From sequence record NC_041911.1: DNA of 64,000 bases; one strand, written 5' to 3'. Below are positions 18,321 through 27,952 of this stretch, piece after piece; position 1 is the stretch's first letter, and each line of letters opens with the position of its first letter. Both the position numbers and the translations under genes were made by a program. A model generated the notes under the pieces. The model was not told where the DNA came from and did no database searches. It worked only from the letters and a program-made list of their open reading frames with translations.

Positions 18321-19706
18321 ATGAAACCATTCAATCCTGGTCCGGCCCTTGACGACATCGAACCATGGGAAGATCCCGTACAAGTGCGCGCGCATGAGCG
18401 GCGTTACAACCATGCGCTCGAAGCGTTAGGCGCTGGCGAACGGCTGCGTATCGTCAGAGACGTTTTTGAAAGCGAAGCCAAAGATCTGGAATTCGACAAG
18501 CGGTTGGCTGATGCTATTCATCGCTACAAGCAGAACTTCATCAACCGCAATCGAGAACATGCCTCGTTCTTCGGCGGTAACCTGCTCGGAGTAAACGTCG
18601 TCCGCTTTGTGGACTCGGACAAAGACAACTGGTTCGACAATATCATCCAGGCCGATGAAGAGCTGTTGCGCGAACACCTGCATGCTCTACCGGGCATTAA
18701 TCCGGAATGGCACGTGTCGTCCAACGTGATGAACCTCTCGTGCGCATACCTTGTCCACAAGTTCTTCCACTCGGCCCTGCCTGCGGCACAAAAGCGTCAG
18801 GCTATGTTCGACGTGTTCTTGATCCTGCAGTTCAAGTACATTTCCTCGATCCTGTACCGGTTCTTCCCGTATCCGGCTGATCGTGCGGTGGCAGAAGCTA
18901 CCTACGCTGCCCTGAACATGAAGTTCATCCTGAAGGAAAAGGGTTCTTGGTTGGGCCTGCTCTCGCACCGCTGTGAAGAGATCCTGTCGCGTAGCTCGCC
19001 GCACTACAACGCTATCTCGTCCATGAACTCGGACAAGGAAGTGGTAGACATGTTGAACGCGATTCACGGTGCCCTGAAGGGTTACGTGAAGAACATGCGA
19101 GAAGTGATGGAGCGCGTTCGACTGACTGGTGGTAAGGTTGCTTCGGTATCTTCGGTCGCTGGCGTGAATGGCGAGGAAATCCTCAAGGATAAGACTCGCG
19201 GCCCGATTGTGTTCACCAACTACCTGAAGTCGATCCTCTCGGACAAGAACTCGTTTATTCGAGAAGAGCTGCTGCTCGTGATCACCAAGATCATGCCGTC
19301 GGCTAACTACCGACACCTTCGTTCTGCATTGGAGCACTTGTCGCAAAACTACTTCCGTACGGATCACCAGAAGATCGAACGAATCGTGAACCTGTCGATG
19401 GTGCATGCATTCGCTTATCTGTCCGATAACCGGATCTCGTTGCGCTCCAACGTAGACCTTCCGGCTATGCTCGTGCGTCTGAAGGGTGCCTACACCTCTT
19501 CGCGTTCGACTGATCCGGATCTGTTGGAACTGCGCGATCTGGTGGAAACCGTGATTCGTCCTGCAGTGGACTCCAAGACTGAAGCAGTAGTGGCTTCGGT
19601 GCGGACTGGTGTGCTGTTGTATCTCGTGTCCCGCGCATACACGATGCAATACTACTCCAGCGTACATGGCATTTCTGACGGTAACAGCAAAGTGCTTCGG
19701 CGATAG
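18321..19706 (+). CDS. Conserved phiKZ-like virion structural protein
   Basis: 461-aa ORF with AAGGA RBS, convergent with terminase. The FFGGNLLGV and FPYPAD motifs are recalled from phiKZ-like structural proteins. Confidence 0.6.
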   Translation: MKPFNPGPALDDIEPWEDPVQVRAHERRYNHALEALGAGERLRIVRDVFESEAKDLEFDKRLADAIHRYKQNFINRNREHASFFGGNLLGVNVVRFVDSDKDNWFDNIIQADEELLREHLHALPGINPEWHVSSNVMNLSCAYLVHKFFHSALPAAQKRQAMFDVFLILQFKYISSILYRFFPYPADRAVAEATYAALNMKFILKEKGSWLGLLSHRCEEILSRSSPHYNAISSMNSDKEVVDMLNAIHGALKGYVKNMREVMERVRLTGGKVASVSSVAGVNGEEILKDKTRGPIVFTNYLKSILSDKNSFIREELLLVITKIMPSANYRHLRSALEHLSQNYFRTDHQKIERIVNLSMVHAFAYLSDNRISLRSNVDLPAMLVRLKGAYTSSRSTDPDLLELRDLVETVIRPAVDSKTEAVVASVRTGVLLYLVSRAYTMQYYSSVHGISDGNSKVLRR

Positions 19707-19707
19707 C

Positions 19708-19752
19708 CGGCATAAGAGCCAGGAGGGTTTCCCCTCCTGGCCTTTTATGCTG
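19708..19752. terminator. Bidirectional hairpin terminator
   Basis: CGGCATAA-stem-TTTTATGCTG between the convergent structural gene and terminase. Confidence 0.75.
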
Positions 19753-19761
19753 TCGAATTAC

Positions 19762-21975
19762 TTAGGAGCCAAAACCACGACGACCACTAAGCTCGGTGTA
19801 GCCGTTCCACGAACCAACCGCATTACGTCGTGTCCAGTTACTACCTGTGCTACTAGCTGCGCGATCAGTACGCTTGCGTTCCTTCGCCTCGCGGATCAGG
19901 TTGTCGACGTTGAACACTTCGTTCTCTTCCACAACCACACGGCTGGAGAGAGCACGCATTTCCTGCTCCAGACGAACGATCACGAACAAGTCCTTGGCTT
20001 GTGCGATCTTGTCAGCCAGAGCATTGATGCGCTCACGGATTACACGTTGTTCACGTTTCTCATCCGCTTGCTGCGGGTCCATACCGTCGCCGGAGTCATT
20101 GAGCAGACTGCCGACCAAGGAAGGATCGATGCCATAGTAGCGCAGATTCTTCGCCTTCGTGATCATCCAGTGAGCCAACAGCCAAGCGATACACATGTCG
20201 TCATGTTCGCCAGGCGGGTGATCTACTCGACCGTTCTTGGTAATCAGCCCGTTGATCTGGTCAGCCAGTACCTTATCGTAAACACGATCGCAAGAACGTT
20301 TAGCTGCCAACTGCAATGTCTCCGAATAGAGTGCACTACGCGAAGTCGTACCGCCGCCCGAAGTCGTGAAACCAAACGTCTTCTTGAAGCGGGCGTACTG
20401 GTCGTGGTTATTGCGCGATACCAAGCGCTGCATTTCCTCGTACTGTACTTCGTTGACTTGCTTGTCCTGCACCACGGTGTTGTAGATGCGTTTGAACGGA
20501 TTGATCCCTACTGCCGACAACTCAATCAGCAGGTAGTCGATGATGCTCTGACCCGAGGAACGGTTCTCAGGAATGAACGTCACCGATGGGTACTTGATCA
20601 GGAACGCAGCAATCCACTTCGACAGATGGATCAAGTTGGTTTCGTTGATGTTGGCCACACACACTGTTTCCAGTGTTTGCGTATCCATCACGTAGAAAGC
20701 ACAATCGTCACCACCCGATGCATTGGACGAGTCGCAACCCATCACGTATGTCGAATCGAACATCCGTTTGCTGATCTGGTCTTCCGGCAGATACCAGCGC
20801 GTGGTGTAAGAACTAATGCGCGAGATGTCGGTATGATCAGAACCACGAACTGAGTTGCGAATGGCATTGAGGATCGTAGTCGACAATGGCGAAGTCTGGC
20901 TACCCGACGTCCACATGTTAAAGTAGTCGCGGTTAGCATCATCACCGGTCTGCACCGATTCTTCCAGTTTCTCCATCAGCCACTGGTCAGTCTTGCCGAG
21001 CTGGCGATGGTTCAGCGTGATATTCACACGCAACTTGCCTTTCGGACTGGCTTTACGGATGATCTCGTAGAGCGCCGCCTCGTTCATGGCGTCGAAGAAC
21101 TTCTCGCTCCAGACAGCAGACTGGCTGACCATTTTGTAAATGAATGCGCCATCCTTGTCGTCCTTCTTACCAGCAGTGGTAGTCAGGATAGTGCCGTAGT
21201 AAGCACCGGCCTTTTTAGCACGGTCAACAGCAGCGCCGGTAGCAGCCAGTGCGGCCGGCAGAGCAATAGCGATGTTCGGCTGGAAGGGACCTTCGTCAAT
21301 GTGGAAGATACCGGAGGTCAGACCACGACCCAAGTTCAGTGCACGCTTCGGAGACATCTGTGGCACGTGAGTCTTGTAACGGTTCTTCAGACGAACACGA
21401 GTGATTTCCTCAGTGTTCGATGCGTCGTCACGCGACTGTTGATTCAGGTACGACGGCAGTTCAGCCGCAATATCCTTCAGGCGGTTGATGTTACCGCGAC
21501 GCAGGTTGTCATCCTTCGTGAGCAGGTTGATTTCCGTATCGCGGCACCCGATGTTCATCAGGTAAGTCATCAACGAGTCAGTCGAGAAGGATTTACCTGT
21601 CTGACGAATCTGGATGAGGAAAGTCATCACGTGGTTGAAGAACAACCAGTACAACGCAATGTTCCCTCGGTTGGCTTCCTGCATCACAGCGTCGCCGCCA
21701 CCGATTGCAGGAGCCTTAGCCACTTCTCGGAAGTAGTACCATGGGTTGATCGCACATTCAAGCGCAATCATGGCCTTCTGAGTTTCAGATAGGCTTAAGG
21801 AATGGGGATCAACGCCGCGCAATGCAGGGTTGACCAATGCTAGTAGGAAGGCATGGTTCTTCACGCCCAATGATCGGTACAGGACAGCAAGGCGTAGATA
21901 GCTCTTGTTTTTTGTCTCTGTATCTACAATGGCGCTGGGGTAGCGCTTCCAATCATCCATGAACAGAATTGCCAT
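19762..21975 (-). CDS. terL: Terminase large subunit (phiKZ gp025-like)
   Basis: Walker A QIRQTGKS, Walker B FHIDE, coupling motif TTAG, nuclease motif MGCDSS and HDDMCIAWL. Start MAILF after GGAG. Confidence 0.9.
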   Translation of the reverse strand: MAILFMDDWKRYPSAIVDTETKNKSYLRLAVLYRSLGVKNHAFLLALVNPALRGVDPHSLSLSETQKAMIALECAINPWYYFREVAKAPAIGGGDAVMQEANRGNIALYWLFFNHVMTFLIQIRQTGKSFSTDSLMTYLMNIGCRDTEINLLTKDDNLRRGNINRLKDIAAELPSYLNQQSRDDASNTEEITRVRLKNRYKTHVPQMSPKRALNLGRGLTSGIFHIDEGPFQPNIAIALPAALAATGAAVDRAKKAGAYYGTILTTTAGKKDDKDGAFIYKMVSQSAVWSEKFFDAMNEAALYEIIRKASPKGKLRVNITLNHRQLGKTDQWLMEKLEESVQTGDDANRDYFNMWTSGSQTSPLSTTILNAIRNSVRGSDHTDISRISSYTTRWYLPEDQISKRMFDSTYVMGCDSSNASGGDDCAFYVMDTQTLETVCVANINETNLIHLSKWIAAFLIKYPSVTFIPENRSSGQSIIDYLLIELSAVGINPFKRIYNTVVQDKQVNEVQYEEMQRLVSRNNHDQYARFKKTFGFTTSGGGTTSRSALYSETLQLAAKRSCDRVYDKVLADQINGLITKNGRVDHPPGEHDDMCIAWLLAHWMITKAKNLRYYGIDPSLVGSLLNDSGDGMDPQQADEKREQRVIRERINALADKIAQAKDLFVIVRLEQEMRALSSRVVVEENEVFNVDNLIREAKERKRTDRAASSTGSNWTRRNAVGSWNGYTELSGRRGFGS

Positions 21976-22126
21976 GATTGACTCCAAAAATGTAGATAAA
22001 AGTATTCTCTCCGCTTCGTGCACCGGCTATTCCAGCGCAGGAAAAACTCAGCGAAGAGGCTCTCCACATTAATTACAGCATAAAAAGCGAGAGGGTTTCC
22101 CCTCTCGCTCTTATGTCGCTGATGCG

Positions 22127-23836
22127 TTAGCTCAGAGGAACCCCACCATCGTCGTACAGAATCATACCCGAAGTGCCCAGCTCCAGGTCGTTCTCCGGCG
22201 TCTTGCGAATCCACTCGATGTAAACGTTGCCGTTCACGTTGAGGCCGTTGAGCATCTGGAAGATCTGGCTGAACTCGCTCACAGAGTGCTCTTGTACCTC
22301 GCTGGTCGTACGGATGCGGAAGTGCGTCGGCAACGGAGCCACAACTTCCTTGAGCGGGTCGAAGATCGGACGCATCGGCAAGTAGAGTTTGGCGAGCCAT
22401 TCGTCCACCGTCTTGCAACCAGCATCGACTTTGAGCTTGTAGTAGTTGTAGTTGATGAACTCCAGCACGCCATTGGTGCCGTTCACGCCGTAAGCCGGGT
22501 CTTGACCTTGTTCGAACACGATCGACCAGTTGGTCTCGCGTTCCGTGCCATCGCGCCACAGTACGACTTGAACCGTCTGGGCATGACGGAAGTCTTCGTA
22601 CAGCGGGTTGATGTCTTTCAGGTTCACCGACACGTTCAGCATCTGGTTCACGCCATACAGCTTCGGCTGGAAGGCCGGCGAGTTGACCGAGAACTGAACG
22701 AACTGGGTAACGTCGTAACGCGCATTGCGCTCGGACGAGTACAGGAACCAGCGCAGGCTGTAACCGTTGACCGGACCAACCCATTCCGGGAAGCAGTACA
22801 GACGGACGTTGTAAGCACCCTTGGCCTCGATCGTCTTGATGTCGTATTTCTGCGTAACGAAGACTTGCTCGCCACGCGTTGCGCCGTACACCACGTCGTC
22901 CGGCAGCGGAGTGTAGCGCAGCACCACCGGGATCTTCTGGTTGACCATCGATGCCAGATAGCTTTCCATCCCCAGCAGAGCGAAGCGCGTACCATCCACC
23001 GGATATTCCTTGGACGAACCATCCGAGTAGTTCACCCGGGCCTTCAGATACAGACCTTGCAGCGGTACGTTCACCGGCAGGTTGATCAGCTTCGGATCGG
23101 TTTCGCTCATGAACGGCGACAGCAGCTGGATGCCGGTCACGTAACGCTCGTTGCTGTTGCGATGACGGATGAACGAGGTGTTCTGCACCGTCAGCTGAGT
23201 GATCGATGCCGGATGACCTTCCGAGGTATAGGCGATGAGAGTCACCACCTCGCCGTCCGGCAGGTCTTCCATGGTGTAACACACCGGCACGCAGTATTCG
23301 CTGCGGTTGGTGTTGGCATCCACACCCACCAGTTCCAGGGTGATGTCGTGACCGATCAAGTTGCCTTGGTTGTCGTAGAAAGCCGACACAGCTTTCAGAT
23401 CCGTCGGACCCGTCACTTGACGGAAGATCCGGGCGTAACGCGACACCGTGCCTTTGAACGACAGACGGTTTTCCACGGCCAGTACATACGGTGTTACCGA
23501 CTTGTCGAGGTAGGCACGATAAGTGCTGTTGTGGGTCAGACGACCCGGACCAGTCAGAACATCGCTGGACGAAATGGTCGAGGTGCTAATGTTGCCCCAA
23601 GGCTCCAGCGTCGGGATCAGATCCACGTCGAGAGCCTTGACGATCCACCAAGGGCTGGTGGTCTTGCCTAGTCGGTCATAAGCGAGGTCACCGACGTTGG
23701 GGACGAAACGCTTCTCTCCGACTGTGCCATCCCACAGCTCATCGAGAGCGTAGGTAGCGGACTTGCCTTCCGGGTTATAGATGGGCACTTTGCCATCCGT
23801 CCCGGCTACCGCGGTAAGATTCAGAGTAGTTGTCAT
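22127..23836 (-). CDS. Virion structural protein (phiKZ gp026-like, baseplate candidate)
   Basis: About 570-aa beta-rich ORF between terminase and the gp027-like gene, following phiKZ gene order. Confidence 0.65.
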   Translation of the reverse strand: MTTTLNLTAVAGTDGKVPIYNPEGKSATYALDELWDGTVGEKRFVPNVGDLAYDRLGKTTSPWWIVKALDVDLIPTLEPWGNISTSTISSSDVLTGPGRLTHNSTYRAYLDKSVTPYVLAVENRLSFKGTVSRYARIFRQVTGPTDLKAVSAFYDNQGNLIGHDITLELVGVDANTNRSEYCVPVCYTMEDLPDGEVVTLIAYTSEGHPASITQLTVQNTSFIRHRNSNERYVTGIQLLSPFMSETDPKLINLPVNVPLQGLYLKARVNYSDGSSKEYPVDGTRFALLGMESYLASMVNQKIPVVLRYTPLPDDVVYGATRGEQVFVTQKYDIKTIEAKGAYNVRLYCFPEWVGPVNGYSLRWFLYSSERNARYDVTQFVQFSVNSPAFQPKLYGVNQMLNVSVNLKDINPLYEDFRHAQTVQVVLWRDGTERETNWSIVFEQGQDPAYGVNGTNGVLEFINYNYYKLKVDAGCKTVDEWLAKLYLPMRPIFDPLKEVVAPLPTHFRIRTTSEVQEHSVSEFSQIFQMLNGLNVNGNVYIEWIRKTPENDLELGTSGMILYDDGGVPLS

Positions 23837-23900
23837 GGGTGTTAAGCCCTTCAAGAAAATCCGTTGATGCGGCTGGGGCTTTCACCCCAGCCTTGCCTTT

Positions 23901-26489
23901 TTAGAACTTCTGCACTTGGACAGTGGAAGACAGATCCACGTTCGGAGCATAGATCGCTGCTGCACGCTGCAATACACGCCAGCGGTACATGTCAAGCGTC
24001 ACGTAGGTCGGATAGGGATGCGGGTGCACCACTACGTACCGATCATCGACGCCAAACTGAATCGGATCGAACGTCAGGTACTTGTTGTACGCAGCCAAAC
24101 GAGTCCGCAACCAATCATCGCCGAATTGCTCGTAGAACTTGTCGTCCCACAGCACGCCCGTTTGCAGATCATCGATAATTCGAGACAGGAACGGACTGTA
24201 CACCGTGTAGCGATTGGTGATCGCATTAGGTGCACCGACTTGCTGTTGAGGTAAGAAGCGCGACATGTAGTCGCTAATCTCGCCATCGATGGCGATCGAT
24301 GCATCGCGGAAATCGTACGTCATGTCCGCCACACTCGGGTTACCCACGAGGTAGTTGTTCATAGGAACAACAATGTCTCGAATCGCATACGGCGCACCGT
24401 TCAGCGCATCAGTGATGTTGACACTGACACCGTCTTCTGCGAACTTCAAATCTTCCCGCAGTCGCACTTCACCGCCACAAACAATCCGTAACACTTTGTC
24501 GTCACGAATGTCGAAACGGCTGTTAGCCGACAACACACCTTGGAACACGAAGCCGACATCCGGCGCCGCAGTCCGAGTCATGTCCTTATTGCAGAAGCCC
24601 TTGTAGCGAACCGTGAAGAGCTGCTGGGCAAGCGCCGGGTCGAAATACTTCTTGGTCGTCACGACAACTCGCGAACCTTTCACCACGAAGTCGAGACCTT
24701 CAATCAACGAGTAACCATTGAAGAAGATATCGAGTTCACCAAGAGGCATATCCAGTTTCTGGTACGTGCCGTCCTTGTAGAAAGTGATGTCGAATTCAAA
24801 CACCCCAGCGATCGGTGCCATTTGGAAGCTGTACGCCAAGTGCCGTTTGTTGGAAAGCACTCGGTGAATCGGCGCAGCGCTTACTACCCACTGGTACGTG
24901 TTGTTCTGTACCAGATAAACAGGGTCACCGGTCCGGTCTTGCCAATCCCCATTCTTCACTCCGGCGTTGTCGGGTGCAGTGTAGAACCGGTAGTTGATCA
25001 AGTAATCGATCGGACCAGTAGCTGCATTGTCGGTTACATCCAGCGAAGTTCCGCCCAGACCAAAGATGATCTCAGCAAAAGCTGCATCAGCAGACTGGCA
25101 GGTGTAGGTGTCGTCCACGGTGTTCGGTGCGTAGAACAACAGACGACCATTTGCGTCATACTCGTAGACGGTGCAGCAACCGCGCAATGCCGGCGGAATC
25201 ACGATCACCTTCTGACCGCTGAACACCGTCACTTTAGTAGGTGTATCACCAAGCAGCTTGGACATGGCGTTGTAACCATAAGCCTGCTGCACCATCTGGC
25301 GTGTCACGCCGCCTTGTGGTTGCCGCATGATGGCCGTGTAGGCACTCGCTTCCAACGCAGCAGCTTTCCACACCGAGACGTTGGCATCCATGCCGACCAT
25401 GGATTCTAGCACGCGATCATCAGGCAGCTTGTACAGCTCGAACAACCGGCTGTTCTCTTGCACCAACGGGCGCTGGTAGCCGGAGTGCCGAACAGTCAAA
25501 CGCAGTTCCAGATCAGCTTGCGCCAAGAACAGATTGGCTGCTTGTGCGCCATTGATTCGGATCACGGGCACCGAGTAATCACGATGCGTAACCATTCGCA
25601 TCGTTCGCGAATCGTTCTTGTGCAGGTACACGCCGTGCCAGCGATTGGTATTCCAGGTCTCGCCGAGATACAGATCGACGTCATCCTGGTAGTCGATCAT
25701 GTCGTTCGGACCGGCATAATGCAACAGGTACTTGTGAATACCATCCAGAGTGCTTTCAAACTCCTGCAGATTGCGAACCTTAAACACGACTTCGCGCTTG
25801 ACGGATGCGTCGAACACGTATTCGAGGTAATCGCCAGGTTGAGCAGAGACCAGATCGATTTTATCGACACGACGCCCGTTGACAAAGAAGAACACACCGC
25901 CATAGGTTGGCAGGCCGGCGATCTCAGCCTGAAAGGCATTGATTGCATTGACGTTGTCCGCGCGGATCGAGTTGACCTTGATACAACCATTTGGAATCTG
26001 AGCCCGCACGCTTTGGAAATAAGCGTTTTCGTAAATGCGAACGAAAATCGGATCAGTTTCCAGATCCACATCAACGACCTTGGGTCGCTCGCTCGGTTTA
26101 CGCACAGCGACCAGCAGGTTCTTGTCGCCCGTTACGATGTACCAGCACAGACTGCGCGGAATCATCACGCCCTTGGACGTGTAGATATCGATGATGGCGC
26201 ATTCTTGCATCATCGCATCTTGGGCAGAAATCCACACGCCGGGTTTGTCGAGCAAACCGATGATAGCTGGGTGAACTTGACCGATCTGGTAAATATGGAA
26301 TCGCGCATTCGATCCCGTAATCGGCATTTGAATTTTACGCCATTGGTAGGAGAAGTACGTCCAGATACCATTCTCCGGCGTGATCTTTGCAGGTTGGAGG
26401 ATGGCCTGTTTGTCCTGCTCCGGAGTGCACCACACGTTGCGATAGGCGTGGTCGAGCAGGAAATCTTCCGAGACTTGATAGCCGCTCAT
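23901..26489 (-). CDS. Virion structural protein (phiKZ gp027-like, baseplate candidate)
   Basis: About 862 aa. The VWCTPEQD N-terminus and position in the terminase-sheath block match phiKZ-like genomes. Confidence 0.65.
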   Translation of the reverse strand: MSGYQVSEDFLLDHAYRNVWCTPEQDKQAILQPAKITPENGIWTYFSYQWRKIQMPITGSNARFHIYQIGQVHPAIIGLLDKPGVWISAQDAMMQECAIIDIYTSKGVMIPRSLCWYIVTGDKNLLVAVRKPSERPKVVDVDLETDPIFVRIYENAYFQSVRAQIPNGCIKVNSIRADNVNAINAFQAEIAGLPTYGGVFFFVNGRRVDKIDLVSAQPGDYLEYVFDASVKREVVFKVRNLQEFESTLDGIHKYLLHYAGPNDMIDYQDDVDLYLGETWNTNRWHGVYLHKNDSRTMRMVTHRDYSVPVIRINGAQAANLFLAQADLELRLTVRHSGYQRPLVQENSRLFELYKLPDDRVLESMVGMDANVSVWKAAALEASAYTAIMRQPQGGVTRQMVQQAYGYNAMSKLLGDTPTKVTVFSGQKVIVIPPALRGCCTVYEYDANGRLLFYAPNTVDDTYTCQSADAAFAEIIFGLGGTSLDVTDNAATGPIDYLINYRFYTAPDNAGVKNGDWQDRTGDPVYLVQNNTYQWVVSAAPIHRVLSNKRHLAYSFQMAPIAGVFEFDITFYKDGTYQKLDMPLGELDIFFNGYSLIEGLDFVVKGSRVVVTTKKYFDPALAQQLFTVRYKGFCNKDMTRTAAPDVGFVFQGVLSANSRFDIRDDKVLRIVCGGEVRLREDLKFAEDGVSVNITDALNGAPYAIRDIVVPMNNYLVGNPSVADMTYDFRDASIAIDGEISDYMSRFLPQQQVGAPNAITNRYTVYSPFLSRIIDDLQTGVLWDDKFYEQFGDDWLRTRLAAYNKYLTFDPIQFGVDDRYVVVHPHPYPTYVTLDMYRWRVLQRAAAIYAPNVDLSSTVQVQKF

Positions 26490-26573
26490 ATGAGCCCTTT
26501 TGATTAATCGTGAATAAAAAGCGCTACCCACTACTAGAGTGAGTAGCGCTTTTAGAAGGGACTGTCGAGTCGA

Positions 26574-27497
26574 TTACCAGCCAGCACCACCGTCGTCTTG
26601 TACCTGACCCAAGTAGGCCATGGAACGAACGAAGCCTTCGTGATACTTGCGGTAGGTATTGCGCTCGATGATCTGCGTGAGACCCGCCTTCTTGAAGCCG
26701 CGGTTGCTGATCGCTTGGAACAGCAGGGTGAGCCACACCGGAGGATACTCCAGCGCCACAGTTACCAGTTCACGACCAGCGTTGCCATACCAGGAACCAC
26801 CCACCACGCCGTACAGCGTTGCCGGGTTGAAGTCTTCGAGGCGTACGCTTTGCGTGAATGCCTTGATCACATCACACAGTTCTTGCACGTCGCGAATGAT
26901 CGGATGGGTTTCCACGATATCCACTACATCGGAGTGGCGGTAGCCGCAGGTGCGGGTAATCGCCGACAGCAGGTAAGCGGTATCTTCCGAGTTGGCTTCA
27001 GTTTTGTCCCAGAAGCAGTTCAGATAGAAGATCGCGGCAAACACCGAGACTTGGAGTTGCTGTCGGGCATCCAGCGCAAAGCGCTTGGCCACGGTCTCGC
27101 CCATCCAATGGGCGTACAGCATCAGCGGCAGCGGAGAGATGTCGCGGATACGGCCCTGATAGCCCTGGTGCCAATCCAGCGCAAGCTGGGCTTGGATCGT
27201 ACGAGCTTGTACTTCGACGGCGTCGCGAACACGCGCAGAACCGCCGGCATCAACACCAACGTAAGCACGTGCATCGAAGAAGGCAACGTCGCCATCCTTG
27301 AATTTGCAGACGAAGGGGAAGTTGAAAGCAGGCACACCTGCGACGCCACCATTCAGGCCTTCGCGCACCATGTGCACGTTTTCCCGCATTTGTTGTGTGG
27401 CGTTGTGATAAAAGGCTTGCTCCAGAGCCTGCTCCAGTTTGGAGAGGGAGTAGCCTGCGGTTGCAGTCGTTGCGTATGCAGAATTGAAAATGGTCAT
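26574..27497 (-). CDS. Conserved phiKZ-like protein (gp028-like position)
   Basis: About 307-aa ORF starting MTIFNSAYATT, divergent from the sheath gene. Confidence 0.6.
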   Translation of the reverse strand: MTIFNSAYATTATAGYSLSKLEQALEQAFYHNATQQMRENVHMVREGLNGGVAGVPAFNFPFVCKFKDGDVAFFDARAYVGVDAGGSARVRDAVEVQARTIQAQLALDWHQGYQGRIRDISPLPLMLYAHWMGETVAKRFALDARQQLQVSVFAAIFYLNCFWDKTEANSEDTAYLLSAITRTCGYRHSDVVDIVETHPIIRDVQELCDVIKAFTQSVRLEDFNPATLYGVVGGSWYGNAGRELVTVALEYPPVWLTLLFQAISNRGFKKAGLTQIIERNTYRKYHEGFVRSMAYLGQVQDDGGAGW

Positions 27498-27952
27498 GGT
27501 GCTTTCACTCGGTAAGAAAATACCTATTGATCTATGGCCGCGCAAGCATCATTTATTATGAGCGCGAGCCATTCCGTTATTGGCTTGCTTTTTATTTCAT
27601 CGGGAGTTGGTAAGTAAATACTTGCTAGCTCCATGTTGTTTCCGTAAAACACGATGAAATGAACCTGAGGTTTCTCAAGGCTGTCATAAAACTACTGTGC
27701 TCTCACGGCTGTGCTCGCGCAGCGTCACATATGAAAATGGAGCAAAGTCCTCACCAAGGCTTTGGCGTGTGATTAGAGAGCATGTGCAACACTACATGTT
27801 CAACATCGGCTGACGGTGTTCTCGTCGGCTGGTAAATGATCGACGGGTCATTCGAGCGTGCAGGGAACTATTTAACGGACAGACAGTTCGCGGCAAATCC
27901 ATAAGCTGCTTCTCGATGTTCTTCGTCTCATTTCAAATCGGAAAACTCAACC

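Noticed and set aside
19762-21975. Possible intein in the terminase or RNAP subunits
   Set aside because: No C/S...HN-C/S/T splice motifs or LAGLIDADG blocks were seen, and the lengths fit uninterrupted proteins.
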